Shown: positions 46,676 through 56,941 of the stretch, piece after piece | Layout of the letters: each line of letters starts with the position of its first letter | Numbering within the stretch: the stretch's first letter is position 1 | DNA from: Desulfatiglandales bacterium | GTDB taxonomy: Bacteria > Desulfobacterota > DSM-4660 > Desulfatiglandales > Desulfatiglandaceae | Assembly: GCA_963662465.1 (NCBI GenBank) | Contig: OY759599.1 | Location: 1,856,001-1,920,000 of the forward strand | Direction of reading: 5' to 3' | DNA: 64,000 bases | Program-made: the position numbers and the translations under genes | Notes under the pieces: generated by a model | Databases searched by the model: none | The model's input: the letters and a program-made list of their open reading frames with translations, nothing else | Told to the model about the DNA's origin: nothing

Positions 46676-48967
46676 ATGGGCGATGAATTAAGGGTTGTGG
46701 GTAAAAATATACCCCTGAAAGAGAGTTACGACAAGGTCACCGGCAGGGCCGAGTACTGCACCACGGTTTCCATGGGGGGCATGCTGGTGGGAAAAATATT
46801 GAGAAGCCCCCACGCACATGCCAGGGTTCTGAGCGTGGATGCGTCCAAAGCGGAGGCGATTCCAGGGGTCATGGCGGTGATCACCCGTGATGACGTTCCC
46901 CAAAAAGTCTATACCACCAACGTGATGACCTACCAGCTCCCCGATGGAGAGCCACACGATATGGTCATGTTCGACAAGGTGGTGCGTTGCGTGGGCGACC
47001 CCGTGGCAGCGGTGGCGGCCGTCAATGAACCGGCGGCAAAGGCCGCTCTTGACGCCATCGAGGTGAAATATGAGGTCCTCCCGGCCGTATTCAACATCGA
47101 TGACGCCGTCAAGGAAGGGGCGCCCAGGGTTCATGAGAATGTGCCCGGCAACATCGGGGTCCCCCCGACGCCGGTATTTTGTTACGGCGATGTGGAAAAA
47201 GGATTTCAAGAGTCCGATGCCATCGTGGAAGGAACTTACGCCACCAGCAAGCAGATCCAGGCCGGCCTTGAGAATGCCTGCAGCGTGGCGGATTATCACA
47301 ATGGCAGACTGACGATCTGGAGCCAGACCCAGCTCCCGCACATGACAAAGCGAATGCTGGCCTATATTTTTGACTTGCCTGAATCCAGGGTCAGGATCAT
47401 CCAGCCCTATGCGGGATGCGGTTTTGGCGCGGGCACGGACCTTAACAATGAGCACATGGCCGCGGCCCTTTCCATGAAGGCGGGCGCCCCGGTAAAGATT
47501 AAATATGATCGGCAAGAGGACTTCACCAATCACTTTCCCCGGGAACACCTGGCGAAAATCGAAATGAAACTTGGCCTCACAAAGGACGGTGTTCCCAAGG
47601 CCCTTAAAGCCAAATATATTGGAGATGCCGGCGCTTATCTCTGTAAAACCGCCTCCGGTTGCGGGGTGGCCCTTGCCAGCAACATTACCGAATATGGGTT
47701 TGAAAGCATGTACCAGGAGATTGAAGCGCGCTACACCCATCACCTGGCGTCCGGCGCCATGCGTGGTTTCGGCGGCATGCAGTCCAGCTTTGTCCGTGAA
47801 ACCCTCATCGATGAGGCCTGCGAAAAAATCGGCATGGACCCCATTGTTTTCAGAAAGAAATATCACCGGGATGTGGGGGGCCTGGGCTGGTTTCCCATGA
47901 CGGAGATCTCCAGTTGCGGTCTGGAAGAATGTCTGGAAAAGGGCGCCGAGATGATCGGGTGGGAAGAAAGGCGGGGAAAAATGGCGCCTGAGGGTCCCAT
48001 TCGTCGGGGCCTGGGCGTTGCCGCCATGGGGTGGCTCAGCGGAGCACAACCCATGCTCATGGAACATTCAAATGCCATCCTCAAATTTAACGAAGACGGG
48101 GGATGCTCACTCATCGTTTCTCCCGGTAATTTGGGACAGGGCATTATCGGGGCATTGACCCAGATTGCGGCCGAAACCCTGGGACTCGATTATGAGGATG
48201 TCACAGTGGTCCTGGGAGATACCGACGTCACCGGCTTTGACATCGGCACCCATGCCTCAAGGGGATGCTATGTCATTGGGCGGGCCGTTCAAAAGGCCGC
48301 GGGAATAGCCAGGGGGAGGTTTCTGGAACGGGCGGCGAAACGCCTGGAAGTACCCCCTGATTCACTGGACATGAAGGACAAACGGATTTTCGTAAAGGAT
48401 GATCCCACCAAGGGCATAGGGTACGTAGAAATTGCCAGGGACCTGATTTACAACTATGAAAAAAATTGCGACCAGTTGGTGATCAAGGCCACCGTCGATC
48501 CCACCGAGTTTGCCCCTCCCTGGCAGGCCGGTTTCGCCGAAGTGGCGGTGGATACGCAAACGGGCGTAATTGAACTGGTCCGGTGGATAACGGTTCACGA
48601 CATCGGAAAAGCCATCAATCCCATGGTGGTGGAAGGCCAATTGGAGGGCGGCGCGGCCCAGGGGATCGGCTTTGCCCTTTACGAAGATACCATCATCAGC
48701 CAAGAAAACGGCGCCATGCTGACCGATGGGTTTGACAAATACAAAATCCCCACCACCCTGGATATGCCTGATCATGAGGCGGTTCTAGTAGAACTGGGGG
48801 ATCCGACCGGCCCCTTCGGCGCCAAGAGCGTCGGGGAATCGGGCATTTTCCTTCCGGCGCCGGCCATTGCCAACGCCATTTATGATGCAGTGGGCATCCG
48901 CATGCGGGAGGTCCCCATGACGCCTGAAAAACTGCTGGCCGCCATTCAGGAAAAAGAAAAGAACTAA
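46676..48967 (+). CDS. Mo-hydroxylase molybdopterin-binding subunit
   Basis: RSPHAHA, GCGFGAG, GAMRGFG, EGQLEGG, GPFGAKSVGE; ATG at 46676. Confidence 0.93.
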   Translation: MGDELRVVGKNIPLKESYDKVTGRAEYCTTVSMGGMLVGKILRSPHAHARVLSVDASKAEAIPGVMAVITRDDVPQKVYTTNVMTYQLPDGEPHDMVMFDKVVRCVGDPVAAVAAVNEPAAKAALDAIEVKYEVLPAVFNIDDAVKEGAPRVHENVPGNIGVPPTPVFCYGDVEKGFQESDAIVEGTYATSKQIQAGLENACSVADYHNGRLTIWSQTQLPHMTKRMLAYIFDLPESRVRIIQPYAGCGFGAGTDLNNEHMAAALSMKAGAPVKIKYDRQEDFTNHFPREHLAKIEMKLGLTKDGVPKALKAKYIGDAGAYLCKTASGCGVALASNITEYGFESMYQEIEARYTHHLASGAMRGFGGMQSSFVRETLIDEACEKIGMDPIVFRKKYHRDVGGLGWFPMTEISSCGLEECLEKGAEMIGWEERRGKMAPEGPIRRGLGVAAMGWLSGAQPMLMEHSNAILKFNEDGGCSLIVSPGNLGQGIIGALTQIAAETLGLDYEDVTVVLGDTDVTGFDIGTHASRGCYVIGRAVQKAAGIARGRFLERAAKRLEVPPDSLDMKDKRIFVKDDPTKGIGYVEIARDLIYNYEKNCDQLVIKATVDPTEFAPPWQAGFAEVAVDTQTGVIELVRWITVHDIGKAINPMVVEGQLEGGAAQGIGFALYEDTIISQENGAMLTDGFDKYKIPTTLDMPDHEAVLVELGDPTGPFGAKSVGESGIFLPAPAIANAIYDAVGIRMREVPMTPEKLLAAIQEKEKN

Positions 48968-49005
48968 AGCCGGCGGCAATTCTCATTTTGGAATGATAAC
49001 CTTGA

Positions 49006-49035
49006 GGTAGAGACAAGGCATGCCTTGTCTCTACC
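49006..49035. repeat. Perfect 30-bp palindrome (GTAG-type REP) between convergent genes
   Basis: ggtagagacaaggca|tgccttgtctctacc. Confidence 0.85.
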
Positions 49036-49071
49036 ACAACATTTTGAAATAAGCAGCGGCCATCATGAGAA

Positions 49072-49926
49072 TTACGGGAGCGCTTCCGGAAGGGGAATCA
49101 AGGTTTTTTTACGTTTCTTGATTCTGAAGTACTGAGTATATCCCGCATCCCGAGCCAACTGAAGGGCGGCCGAAAAATCCTTACCCACCTCCCCGGGGCT
49201 GTGGGCATCCGACCCGAAACAGATGGGAATATCTCGTTCCCGCGCCAGGGATACGATCAGGGGCGACGGATAGATTTCTCCGACAAATTTTCGAAGCCCC
49301 GACGTGTTCAACTCCATCCCCATTCCCACTTCGGCCGCCCGATCCAACACCGGCTGCACCATCTCTTTCAGGTCTTCATCGGAAGGACGGTGCCCAAATT
49401 TTTTGGGAATATCCAGATGGCTGAGGGCATCAAAGAGGCGGGTATCCACCAGTTTTCCCACCAGCTCGAAATAACTGCGCCAGGTATCGGCAATGTCCAC
49501 CGAATCCCACACCTGCTTTACAGCAGGATTGTCAAAGCCCCAGTCGTCGATAAAATGCACGGATCCAAGCACAAAATCAAAATCCTGGAGATCAAGCCAT
49601 TTTTCAAGGAACGTCTCACACCCCTTATAATAATCCGCTTCAAGGCCAAACAGCACATTCGGCGATCTCCCGTCCATCTCGGCGCTGACCATCTCCCGAT
49701 AGATGGAAAACTCGTCAAGCTTCATCCGATGATCCCGGTCGTAACCGTCCGGGTTGGGGGCGTGATCTACGAAGCAAATCTCGGGAATTCCCAGGCGTTT
49801 TGCCGCCAGTCGATATTCAGTGGGCTCCCCGTTTGCGTGTTTACACAAAGCCGTGTGCATATGATAATCGGGCAATCGGTTTTCGGACATGCCCTCTTTA
49901 TCAATTTGTTTTTCCCTATCGTTCAT
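49072..49926 (-). CDS. PHP-domain histidinol-phosphatase, HisJ family
   Basis: DYHMHT..C.HA, GSVH, HLD..KKFG, ELNTSG, GSDAH. Confidence 0.88.
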   Translation of the reverse strand: MNDREKQIDKEGMSENRLPDYHMHTALCKHANGEPTEYRLAAKRLGIPEICFVDHAPNPDGYDRDHRMKLDEFSIYREMVSAEMDGRSPNVLFGLEADYYKGCETFLEKWLDLQDFDFVLGSVHFIDDWGFDNPAVKQVWDSVDIADTWRSYFELVGKLVDTRLFDALSHLDIPKKFGHRPSDEDLKEMVQPVLDRAAEVGMGMELNTSGLRKFVGEIYPSPLIVSLARERDIPICFGSDAHSPGEVGKDFSAALQLARDAGYTQYFRIKKRKKTLIPLPEALP

Positions 49927-50036
49927 CCTGGTTATTACTCCCCGTGGTTCTTATTGTATTTCGAGATAGGCTCGTATAGCACGATTGAACCGCAATGGGA
50001 ATCTTGATTTGAAGGAAACGTCTCAACAATTAGAAA

Positions 50037-50074
50037 AAAAACGGAATTCCAAAAGATACTGGAATTCCGTTTTT
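50037..50074 (-). terminator. Rho-independent terminator of the second Mo-hydroxylase operon
   Basis: aaaaacggaattcca ... tggaattccgttttt. Confidence 0.8.
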
Positions 50075-50137
50075 ACTGATCTTCACAAGGCTAATAAAGA
50101 AAACAACCCATCATAGCCTTTGGACAACCCTATAGAC

Positions 50138-52498
50138 TTAATTAAGCCCCTTCTCCTTAATGCCCCTGAGAATTCTTTCGGGCGTGATGGGACCTTTCTT
50201 AAACTGAATGCCGGTAGCATGGTAAATGGCATTGGCCGTAGCGCCCACCGGATTGACCAACCCCGGCTCACCGCAGCTCTTGGCGCCGAAGGGGCCTTCC
50301 GGATCTCCCTCTTCAATCAGCATAATCTTCATGGGAGGCATATCCGAGGGACCCAGCATCTTATAATCCGTAAAACTGGCGTTCATAATTTTACAATCTT
50401 CGTCGTAGACCATGTCCTCGGTGAGTACATGGCCCAATCCTTGCTGAGCGCCGCCCTCAAGCTGCCCTTCAACATGGCCCGGATGAATGGCTTTTCCAAT
50501 ATCGTATGCATTTAGAAAATCAATCAGTTCCACCTGACCGGTCTCCGTGTCCACCTCTACTTCCACGAACACAGCTGAAAACGGCGGTGAATTGTGTTTT
50601 GGAAAATAACTGGAGTAAGCAACAATTTGTCCGGGGATGCCCATCCTGTTGCCGGTAGCGGGATCCACAAAATTATAGACGCCGTCATAGGCAATGGAAT
50701 TGGCGGAAACGGACTTTTCGGGATGATCCTTCACAAAAAGATTTTTTCCTTCCATGACAATATCATCGGGGCCACCGACTTCAAGGAGTTTGGCTGCCCT
50801 TTCTTTCAGCTGCCCTATGACCTCCTCGCATACGGAAACGACAGCGCCGCCCCCCACATAGATGGTACGGCTGGCATGTGCCGCAATATCAAAGCCGTTG
50901 GCATCAGAATCACCCGTAAGCAGATGGACATCCTCGCGTGGCCACCCCAGGGTTTCCGCTGCCATGGTTCGGAGTACTGAATGAGCGCCGGTTCCCAGGT
51001 CGGAGCAACCCAACATAATTTCCAGTGTGGCGTCTTCATTGAGCCTCGCCACCACAAGGGTATGCTCCAGAAGCATCGGCATGGCGCCGGAGGTATGGGT
51101 CATGCACGCAACACCCACCCCACGGCGCTTGATCCCCGTTTGATTGGCGTATTTTTCGCGTTTCTCCTTCCAGCCGAAAGCTTCCGCTCCCTCTTTGAGA
51201 CAGGTATCCAGCGCACAGGACGCATATTGAAAACCAAGAACCCATCCATCGTCGCCCACGTCCTTATGCCATTTCGTGCGCCATTCCACGGGATCAATGC
51301 CCAATTCCTTGCAGCCTCTGTCCACCAATTGCTCCATAACGAAATTGGTCTGAGGGTTGCCGTAACCCCGGTATGCCCCACAAGGCGCATGGTTGGTAAA
51401 ATACCGCTCGCCCTTATAACGGCAGGTTCCCCACTTATACATGCCCACCAGCCATGCGCCGGTGGTAAACGGCACGCCGTTGGCGTGGGTGTAGTATCCA
51501 CCCCCGTCTCCCATGAAACGTGCGTCCACGCCAACCGGGGTTCCGTCCTTTTTAAATCCGATTTTCATCCAGTAATCCCCGGGAAGTCGGCTTTCAGAGG
51601 CCACCCAGTCCTCTTCCCGCGTGTACATGATTTTCACATGATATCCGGGAACCGCCATGGCCATAGCGCAGGCATAAGGCTCGCCGATCATTCCCAAACG
51701 ACCACCAAATGCGCCGCCGATGGTGGTTTGCATAATCTTCACCTGGGTCATGGGAAGCGCAAACAATTTGGCAATCTTCATGTGTACGCACTTGGGCATC
51801 TGGGAGGTGGTCCAACAATTCAACCGGCCCATATCATCATAATGGCCGATATACCCGTGGGGTTCCATCTGGGCCTGTTTCTGCTTGGACACGTAAAAAG
51901 TGTCCTCCACAATGAGGTCGGCCTCTTTCATGGCATCATCCACATCGCCCCATCCATAGGCATTGTCCGGAAACATCTGTTCCGGCAGCTGAAAGGCCAG
52001 ATTGCCGGGCTTATCCGGGTGAAACTGCATGGCATCGGGCTTGTTGGCTTCCTTTGCATTATGATAGAGGGGCAGAAGCTCATATTCTACTTTGATGAGC
52101 TTGGCCGCCCTTTCAGCATCCTTCTCGGTTTTCGCAATAATGCCGCATATGGCATCGCCCTGGTGTTTTACATGGTCCGTAAAGATCGATTCATCTTCAA
52201 GATCTCCAAAAAAATCCCGACTTACCGGAATCGGCGCCATGAGATCAAACAGATTGCAACAGTACTGTTGTTGCGTCACATCCTCCGGGGCCAGGACTTT
52301 TACCACTCCCGGCGCTTTTGCCGCCTCGCTCAAATCCAGGCTTTTCACCTTTGCGTGGGCATGTTCCCAGCACCTCACCACTTTGCCGTAAAGCATACCG
52401 GGGAACCGCATATCATCCATGTAAACCGCACGTCCAGTGGCCTTGGCCCGGGCATCTTCCTTTGGGATCGACTTTCCCACATATTTAAAATCCGTCAT
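50138..52498 (-). CDS. Mo-hydroxylase molybdopterin-binding subunit (paralog 2)
   Basis: GGAFGGR, GAYRGYG, EGQLEGG, GPFGAKSCGE; ATG 8 nt after AGGAGG. Confidence 0.93.
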   Translation of the reverse strand: MTDFKYVGKSIPKEDARAKATGRAVYMDDMRFPGMLYGKVVRCWEHAHAKVKSLDLSEAAKAPGVVKVLAPEDVTQQQYCCNLFDLMAPIPVSRDFFGDLEDESIFTDHVKHQGDAICGIIAKTEKDAERAAKLIKVEYELLPLYHNAKEANKPDAMQFHPDKPGNLAFQLPEQMFPDNAYGWGDVDDAMKEADLIVEDTFYVSKQKQAQMEPHGYIGHYDDMGRLNCWTTSQMPKCVHMKIAKLFALPMTQVKIMQTTIGGAFGGRLGMIGEPYACAMAMAVPGYHVKIMYTREEDWVASESRLPGDYWMKIGFKKDGTPVGVDARFMGDGGGYYTHANGVPFTTGAWLVGMYKWGTCRYKGERYFTNHAPCGAYRGYGNPQTNFVMEQLVDRGCKELGIDPVEWRTKWHKDVGDDGWVLGFQYASCALDTCLKEGAEAFGWKEKREKYANQTGIKRRGVGVACMTHTSGAMPMLLEHTLVVARLNEDATLEIMLGCSDLGTGAHSVLRTMAAETLGWPREDVHLLTGDSDANGFDIAAHASRTIYVGGGAVVSVCEEVIGQLKERAAKLLEVGGPDDIVMEGKNLFVKDHPEKSVSANSIAYDGVYNFVDPATGNRMGIPGQIVAYSSYFPKHNSPPFSAVFVEVEVDTETGQVELIDFLNAYDIGKAIHPGHVEGQLEGGAQQGLGHVLTEDMVYDEDCKIMNASFTDYKMLGPSDMPPMKIMLIEEGDPEGPFGAKSCGEPGLVNPVGATANAIYHATGIQFKKGPITPERILRGIKEKGLN

Positions 52499-52520
52499 AT
52501 GCATTGCCTCCTTTCTCTGT

Positions 52521-53000
52521 TTACTTGCCCGACAGGTTGTCACTGACCTTCTGAACCGCATCGATAATCTTTACATAACCAGTGCAACGGCAGATATTCC
52601 CCTCAAGCTGCGTTCTGATCTCTTTCTCCGTAGGCTTGGGGTTTTTTGCCAAGAGGCTTTTGCTCTTCAGGATCATGCCCGAGGTGCAATAACCGCATTG
52701 TATGGCGTCGGTTTCAATGAAGGCTTCCTGGATAGGATCCAGTTTGCCATCTTTTTCAAGGCCTTCGATCGTCGTAATATGTTTACCGTCCATGGTGGCG
52801 GCAAGGGTCAAACAGGAAAGCATGGTATCGGAATCATCCAGCAATACGGTACAAGCGCCGCATTCCCCAGTCCCGCACCCATATTTGGTTCCCACCAAAT
52901 CCAGGTCTTCCCTGAGTACCTGGAGCAGTGTGCGGTTGACCTGGACGTTCAAATGGTACGCCTCACCATTTACATACAGTGTAATTTCACGCGTCTTCAT
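52521..53000 (-). CDS. Mo-hydroxylase 2x[2Fe-2S] subunit (paralog 2)
   Basis: CGTGECGAC, QCGYC, NICRCTGY. Confidence 0.95.
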   Translation of the reverse strand: MKTREITLYVNGEAYHLNVQVNRTLLQVLREDLDLVGTKYGCGTGECGACTVLLDDSDTMLSCLTLAATMDGKHITTIEGLEKDGKLDPIQEAFIETDAIQCGYCTSGMILKSKSLLAKNPKPTEKEIRTQLEGNICRCTGYVKIIDAVQKVSDNLSGK

Positions 53001-53026
53001 CAGCAACTCCTTTCACCATCATACCT

Positions 53027-53899
53027 TTAATTCAACGCGCCCAAGGCATCCTGAATTGTTCTTCTCATCAAAACGCTGGACACCTCTCTACGATATTCCG
53101 CGGTGGAACGTACATCATCAATGGGGCTAATCTCTTTCGGCAACATTTTTTGAATTTCTTTTAAGAGGGCATCCGTTATTTCTTTTCCCTTCAAAACCTT
53201 TTCAGCTCTTCTAAGTCGAATCGGGGTACGTGCCACAGCGCCCATGGCAAGCCTTGCATCCTCGCAGGACTTTCCATTCATCTTCAGATAAACGGCGGCG
53301 TTGATTTTGGAAAGGTCTTTCTTTGTACGGGTAATGGCTGAAAAAACAGCAGCAGTCCCCGGTGCAGGCGCGGGAATCTTGAGTTCCACTGCAATTTCAT
53401 TGGATTCTCTGGCGGTAATGCGGTAATCAATCCAGAAATCATCAATAGAAACTTCCCGTTTTCCATTGGGCCCCTGCAACACCACACTCCCACCATAAGC
53501 CAGGACGGCGCAGCAGCAGTCGCCGGCGGGGGAGGCCCTGAGAATATTTCCAACCACCGTCGCCGCATTCTTAGTTTGAGGGGTACCGTTTGCCAAGACT
53601 GAATCGTATAAAGCAGGGTATTTTTCTTTGACAATGGGCGAATCCAGAACCTTCGCAAGCGTCGCCCTGGCCCCGATCCTGAGTCCAGCGTCGGCACTGT
53701 AATCAACGTAGCGAAGTCCGGTAATTTCATTCAGTGCGAGTACATATTCAGGCGAAAAGCCCGACTTCATCTGCACCATGATATCCGTACCGCCCGCCAT
53801 AATAGCAACCTTGTCCCCATATTTTTCGAGAAGGCTTACCGCCTCATCTATGCTTTGGGGTGCCAGCAACTCAAATTCCGGCAAAATCCGACTGCTCAT
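53027..53899 (-). CDS. Mo-hydroxylase FAD subunit (paralog 2)
   Basis: MAGGTD, ATVVGN, DDVRSTAEYR. Confidence 0.92.
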   Translation of the reverse strand: MSSRILPEFELLAPQSIDEAVSLLEKYGDKVAIMAGGTDIMVQMKSGFSPEYVLALNEITGLRYVDYSADAGLRIGARATLAKVLDSPIVKEKYPALYDSVLANGTPQTKNAATVVGNILRASPAGDCCCAVLAYGGSVVLQGPNGKREVSIDDFWIDYRITARESNEIAVELKIPAPAPGTAAVFSAITRTKKDLSKINAAVYLKMNGKSCEDARLAMGAVARTPIRLRRAEKVLKGKEITDALLKEIQKMLPKEISPIDDVRSTAEYRREVSSVLMRRTIQDALGALN

Positions 53900-53987
53900 C
53901 CGCAACCTCCTTCTACTTTAAAAAATTTTTTCCATTCCTAAAAGAGTTCACCTGGAACCCCATAGGGCAAAACTGCCATGAAGAGAC

Positions 53988-54003
53988 TGCAATATCCACA
54001 CCA
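53988..54003 (-). promoter_or_regulatory. sigma54 promoter of the second Mo-hydroxylase operon
   Basis: Minus strand TGGTGTGGATATTGCA, GG-N10-GC, about 90 bp before the ATG. Confidence 0.7.
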
Positions 54004-54258
54004 TTAGTCCCCGATCAGCAAATAACCCTGCGGAAATATGCATTCCCCCCTTCTACCCCCCCATGAAATAAGGGACTTATGGATTTAAATTTTTTAAGGA
54101 TGTTCAATACCCACGGAGCTACTTCGGCATACGATCATTAGTACGCATCCCCATTGCATCACATAAACGGTTATGTTCTTTTGTTTTTTGTTTTCTATTT
54201 CTTACACTTATCGTTTTACAGCGTTTTACAATTTTACATTAACCTGTGCAAAGCGGGG

Positions 54259-54999
54259 TTATTCCCCCTTGGCGATTGGTTTAACCCGCCGCTTATCCCT
54301 GACGTACATCTGGTCTCCACCCACCAATTTTGTTTCAAAGATATCGATGGCCCTTATCAAATCGCCGAGTTTTTTGTACCCGTAATTTCTGGAGTCAAAG
54401 GATGCCTGATTGGAAATATGGGCGCCGATGCGTCCCAGGTAGGCCCAACCGTCGTCATCCTGCTCCGAATCGATGGCGTTGCGCAACAGATTCAACAGCT
54501 TGGTATCCGATTTCAGCGCCTTGCCCATCTGCTTCACTCCCTGTATACCATTTAATTCCGGTTTAGGGGGCTCATCCAGGTACAGAAACCGAGAACAGGC
54601 ATTGACAAAGGGGGACGGCGCCTTTCGCTCGCCGAAACCGATGACCGATTTGCCTTCTGAAAGGACTCTCAACACCAGGGGTGTAAAATCGCAATCCGAC
54701 GATACAATACAAAAAGCATCGATATTCTTTGTGTAAAGGATATCCATAATATCAATGGTCATAGCCATATCCGTGGCATTTTTGCCTTTAACGATGTCAA
54801 ACTGCTGAACCGGCTGAATGGAATATTCATGAAGCACATCCTCCCAGCCTTTAATGGAAGGCTTCTTCCAGTTGCCGTAAGCCTTCCGGATACTGACCAC
54901 ACCATATTTTGCCAATTCAGACACAATCATATCGATTTTTTTTGCCGGTGCATTGTCCGCATCGATAAAGACCGCAATTCTTTCCTTTTTAACTTCCAT
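54259..54999 (-). CDS. NYN-domain (LabA/DUF88) protein with OST-HTH/LOTUS domain
   Basis: IDADN, AYGNW, GKNATD, SSDCDF, FDSRNYGYKKL. Confidence 0.92.
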   Translation of the reverse strand: MEVKKERIAVFIDADNAPAKKIDMIVSELAKYGVVSIRKAYGNWKKPSIKGWEDVLHEYSIQPVQQFDIVKGKNATDMAMTIDIMDILYTKNIDAFCIVSSDCDFTPLVLRVLSEGKSVIGFGERKAPSPFVNACSRFLYLDEPPKPELNGIQGVKQMGKALKSDTKLLNLLRNAIDSEQDDDGWAYLGRIGAHISNQASFDSRNYGYKKLGDLIRAIDIFETKLVGGDQMYVRDKRRVKPIAKGE

Positions 55000-55011
55000 A
55001 ACCACTCCTTA

Positions 55012-56079
55012 TTAGACCCAGGAACCTGTCTGGGGTTGGGGCAATTGACAGGCCATCATGGCGCGAATATACCGGTCGAAACCGTCCGCGGTACCGGTTT
55101 CCAGTTCTTCGATTTTTTTGTAGAGCTGTGCCATGAGATCCCGGTTTCCGAGCATCTCCACCGGGTGCAGGCCGTAATGCCCGGACCGTTGAAGCAGAAC
55201 ATAGGCCTCTTGATCCCGCTTCGGAAGGGACAGAAATGAATCCAGATCTCCAAGCATGCGGACCCGGTCCCGGTCCAGATGTCCATCCACATGCATCAAC
55301 AGATTCAGACTGAAGTCCCCACAACGGAAATGTGTCGGCGCCTCCTCCAGATGGAACAACAGATGCCGAATCTCGGCAACAATTTCAAGATCATTCATGG
55401 GTGTAAAGCGGCCCTCATGGGCCATTTTTTCCATGGGGGACGAAGGGGGCAGTGCAAAGGTACGAACCCGAATGAAATCCGGTCGGATCAGGTTCAATAC
55501 CTTCGCCGTTTCCAGGGCATTCTCCAGGCTCAAATCCCGTCCGCCCACACCGGGCATGATATATTCCGAAAGTTCCATACCGGCCGCCATGACCCTTTGG
55601 CCCCCTTGCACCATATCTTCGGGGCTCTCTCCTTTTTTTATCATTTTCAAGACGTTCACGGACCCGCTTTCAAGTCCCGTATGAATTCGCGTCAATCCCG
55701 CCGCCCTGAGTACTTTCAGAGATTCAACACTTTTCCGCTTCATGCTTTTGGCACGGGCATAGGACGTCACACGGGTCAGTGAGGGAAAAGCCTTCCCGAG
55801 ATGTTCAAGGATTTCCAGAAGCTCCTCCGTGGGAAGAATCAGGGAATCGGCATCCTGAAAGAACGCCGTGGTGACACGTGCCTTATGGGGACCGTGATAA
55901 CGCGCCATTTCATCAATATCTTCTTTAATTTCCGCCACGCTTCGCCTGGAAAAGGAGGTTCCCTTATAGGCCGGACAAAACAGACAGCGATTCCAGGGAC
56001 AGTTCCTTGTCACGCGAACCAGAAGACTGCCGGCTTCGCTGGGCGGTCTGATAACACCCTGTTCAAACATAAGATACAT
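55012..56079 (-). CDS. Radical SAM protein
   Basis: RPPSEA..CPWNRCLFC, GLESG. Confidence 0.9.
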   Translation of the reverse strand: MYLMFEQGVIRPPSEAGSLLVRVTRNCPWNRCLFCPAYKGTSFSRRSVAEIKEDIDEMARYHGPHKARVTTAFFQDADSLILPTEELLEILEHLGKAFPSLTRVTSYARAKSMKRKSVESLKVLRAAGLTRIHTGLESGSVNVLKMIKKGESPEDMVQGGQRVMAAGMELSEYIMPGVGGRDLSLENALETAKVLNLIRPDFIRVRTFALPPSSPMEKMAHEGRFTPMNDLEIVAEIRHLLFHLEEAPTHFRCGDFSLNLLMHVDGHLDRDRVRMLGDLDSFLSLPKRDQEAYVLLQRSGHYGLHPVEMLGNRDLMAQLYKKIEELETGTADGFDRYIRAMMACQLPQPQTGSWV

Positions 56080-56141
56080 TCTCCATTATCATTGGAAGAC
56101 TAGCGGTACGATAGAGCAATTTGAATTTTTCGTCAATGTTT

Positions 56142-56621
56142 TCAAGCTCTATCACGATACCTGACCAGATTCAAAGCCATCATTGTCGCCACAACTTCGT
56201 TCCCTTGATTCAGCATCTCACAGAAGGAGAACAACATCCCCCGATCAGGCTTGCCGCGGGAAGGGTTCACTTTGTGTACAGTGATGCGCAGGGATAGTTC
56301 ATCGCCGGGGCGAACCGGTTTAAGCCAGCGCAGCTCATCCACCCCCGGACTTGCCAGACTTGCCGGGCCCGGCAGGTAATGTTCGGCAAACAGCCGCATA
56401 AACAAACTGCAAGTGTGCCAGCCACTGGCGATAAGACCGCCGAAAACCGTTTCCCGGGCGCCTTCAGGGTCCGTATGAAAAAGCTGTGGATCAAACTTTT
56501 TGCCGAACTGAACGATCTCATCTTCCGTAATGGTAATCGGGCCAAACTCATGTATAGCGCCCACCACGTAGTCTTCCAGATATCGCTCTTGGGGTGGGGT
56601 GTTGAAATTGCTTTTACTCAT
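56142..56621 (-). CDS. MaoC-family dehydratase
   Basis: DPQLFHTD...FGGLIASGWHT, LRWLKPVRPGD. Confidence 0.92.
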   Translation of the reverse strand: MSKSNFNTPPQERYLEDYVVGAIHEFGPITITEDEIVQFGKKFDPQLFHTDPEGARETVFGGLIASGWHTCSLFMRLFAEHYLPGPASLASPGVDELRWLKPVRPGDELSLRITVHKVNPSRGKPDRGMLFSFCEMLNQGNEVVATMMALNLVRYRDRA

Positions 56622-56941
56622 TTCTGTTATTTCCTTTAATGGGACAAGCTGCGGTTTTAAGTTTTTGGTTTCTTGTACGCTTCACCTTTCCCACCAGGAA
56701 ATACAAGGAAAGGCATCACCCACGCTGTTGCCAAGGACAGGAAAGTTTAAGGGAAGCGCGGAGAATTCCCACGAGAATGATGAGGATGACAAGGGCTTTT
56801 TGTCACCCCCGTGGATGAAAATGGCGGTATGAACCCATCGCCTATTTTCCTGCTAAAAATGAAAACTGTTTTTTGCGGTTTTTCGAAAAACATCGAAAAC
56901 ATTAAAAAATATTTGCGATACACCTGCTTTTTCGCTTTAGA

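Noticed and set aside
50981..52546. Long antisense ORFs (521 aa here; also 46688-48067, 29421-30245, 49201-50007, 58794-59588)
   Set aside because: Shadow frames of well-supported genes, with no recognisable motifs
45297..53899. Aerobic CO dehydrogenase (cox)
   Set aside because: No AYxCSFR motif in either large subunit
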